A DNA stretch of 64,000 nucleotides from Octopus vulgaris (taxonomy: Eukaryota): NCBI GenBank assembly GCA_951406725.2, contig OX597823.1, positions 23,560,001 through 23,624,000 on the forward strand, written 5' to 3'. Shown here one piece after another: positions 61,923 through 64,000 of this stretch. The notes beneath the pieces are model-generated. The model saw nothing but the letters and a program-made list of their open reading frames with translations. It was not told where the DNA came from and searched no databases. The translations under genes and the position numbers were made by a program. Every line of letters starts with the position of its first letter. Position 1 is the first letter of the stretch.

Positions 61923-63097
61923 CACCGTAGCTGAGTAAAGAGGTTCTGTTAATCGTGAGCTAGCAAATGGGTTTGTATGAATCGGGAGACAATACTAAAC
62001 GAAAAATTGAAAAATTGAAAAATCAGAGTGGCTATGAACCTGGAGACAAGTCTAAACGAAAAAAAAAAATGTTTGAGCTAGACAGGGTAATGAGGGAATA
62101 CTGAAAGAATGAGGGACAATACAATGAGATGGAAATTGAAGAATAGAGAAAGAATAAGGATAAGTGCAAGAAAGAAGGTAGTCGTAGCGAGGTTGGACGA
62201 TTCACTTAACTTTTAGCCATTCATGATCTGTGCGTATTCTTTAGATATTTTGAAGCGAGTGGGGTTAACGATAAATGCGATCGCTCCTTTATGTATGGCG
62301 ATGATGGTTTTGGGGAGGGGGGGGGCATAGAGGACCATGGCGATGATGGTTATGGGAAGGGGGACATAGCGAGAGAGAGATAGGGTTAGTTAGAGAGAGA
62401 GGTCAAGGGACACGTGACAATAAGCGGTGTGAGGGAATTTGACTGGGGACGGCATTGTCGATAAATAAACATTAGATAAATAGGTTTGAAAATCAGACAA
62501 ATCAGAGGGAATATCATTATTGATAGCTAATATAACACCGTAGCTGAGTAAAGAGGTTCTGTTAATCGTGAGCTAGCAAATGGGTTTGTATGAATCGGGA
62601 GACAATACTAAACGAAAAATTGAAAAATTGAAAAATCAGAGTGGCTATGAACCTGGAGACAAGTCTAAACGAAAAAAAAATGTTTGAGCTAGACAGGGTA
62701 ATGAGGGAATACTGAAAGAATGAGGGACAATTCAATGAGATGGAAATTGAAGAATAGAGAAAGAATAAGGATAAGTGCAAGAAAGAAGGTAGTCGTAGCG
62801 AGGTTGGACGATTCACTTAACTTTTAGCCATTCATGATCTGTGCGTATTCTTTAGATATTTTGAAGCGAGTGGGGTTAACGATAAATGCGATCGCTCCTT
62901 TATGTATGGCGATGATGGTTTTGGGGAGGGGGGGGCATAGAGGACCATGGCGATGATGGTTATGGGAAGGGGGGACATAGCGAGAGAGAGATAGGGTTAG
63001 TTAGAGAGAGAGGTCAAGGGACACGTGACAATAAGCGGTGTGAGGGAATTTGACTGGGGACGGCATTGTCGATAAATAAACATTAGATAAATAGGTT
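61923..63097. repeat. Near-identical tandem duplication, period ~613 nt, at the 5' side of the RTE element
   Basis: caccgtagctgagtaaagagg begins at 61923 and 62536; the copies differ mainly in homopolymer lengths. Confidence 0.95.
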
Positions 63098-64000
63098 GTA
63101 GATATTTAGCTCACTCTGGTTCATGTTAACATCCAGAAACTTGAAAAGCAATTTGAGTGCAGAGAGAATGGTGCTACATCTCAGCAAATTTGTTGATACA
63201 GAAATGAGTTGTGAGCATGGTGCAAATGAATTTGAAAAATCTTGGTATACGCCTGAAAACTGGAGACAGGTTACTGAGAGAGAAAACTTGTCTTAGTGTT
63301 CAAGGTGACTGTAGTCAAGTAATCCTAGGCGATTTCCCATTCTTTGGGGAAATTTTCCTTGTTTGAAATTTTAGTTTCTTTGTCATTTTACTTTTTGCAT
63401 GATCTTTTATGTCATTTTACTCTGTATCTTTATCTTGCATCCCCATCTTTATTGTCTCACCTTAATAATTAATAAAGATATTAATTAATAATTAATATCT
63501 ATTTCATAGATATTTAAAAAATATTAGGTAATTATGTATAAGTACCTGTAACTGAAATTCTGAATAAAATATTTAAAAACCATCTTGTACTTTTTTTAAA
63601 TGATAATTTTGTATACAAAATTATTTTTCAGCTTAAATCACTCTACTCAGAATTAATGTGAATTCTATTACATCATGAGACATGTAATTTTGTCTCAGAG
63701 CTTAGGTTGTAGATAATCCATTTGTACAATGCCCTTCCCATGGAGTCCTTTTGTTTAAGATTGAATGGCCATAGCAATACTTGATATGTTGGTTGACTAC
63801 CTGTTTAAGAAAGTATTGGCCCTACAAAATTGTACCACTAGAAGAAATATGTACAATTGTATTGTCTGCAACCTATATGTTGAGACAAGGTTTCATATAT
63901 GTCTGAATATGTTCTACAATTCACATGAATTCTGATTAGGGTGTCATTTGGTGAAACAATTATTTGTCCATTTACAAAACCACATGTACTACATACTTTG

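Larger units (their letters stand above)
57966..63097 (-). mobile_element. Apparently full-length young RTE LINE, antisense in the intron after exon B3
   Basis: Intact ORF, ~600 nt 3' UTR ending in a (GAT)n tail, GC content higher than flanks, tandem 5' repeats; no TSD identified. Confidence 0.9.

Noticed and set aside
62562-62816. Hydrophobic 84-aa ORF as an RTE ORF1 or membrane peptide
   Set aside because: Non-ATG start, low-complexity pyrimidine-rich sequence, and the frame differs in the sister tandem copy because of an A-run length change.

Overview
AT-rich, repeat-dense animal genomic DNA, most likely a cephalopod (Octopus-like RTE LINE, CORE-SINE, mariner and microsatellite landscape; the taxon is an inference). 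The window is mostly the intron-rich body of one + strand gene. I can reconstruct 11 clean, symmetric phase-1/phase-1 AG..GT exons of three fixed sizes: PAN/apple type A (234 nt), short Sushi/CCP (171 nt) and PAN/apple type B (240 nt). Their order is A-S-S-B / A-S-B / A-S-S-B, and they splice into an uninterrupted 759-codon frame. The intron sequence at the window end predicts a fourth unit just beyond it. The youngest exon duplicate (S1/S2) differs at 18 of 171 exonic nt (16 non-synonymous) but at only 2 of 171 nt in the adjacent upstream intron, which suggests diversifying selection on a modular extracellular recognition protein. The introns hold an intact 1055-aa RTE LINE with a tandemly repeated 5' region, older RTE and R4-like copies, Gypsy remnants, several Tc1/mariner relics, a decayed Helitron, a TRIM-like LTR element, a MITE, and a Penelope fragment carrying a tRNA-like segment and a minimal hammerhead ribozyme motif. 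Exon boundaries were read base by base; repeat boundaries are approximate. No database searches were run.
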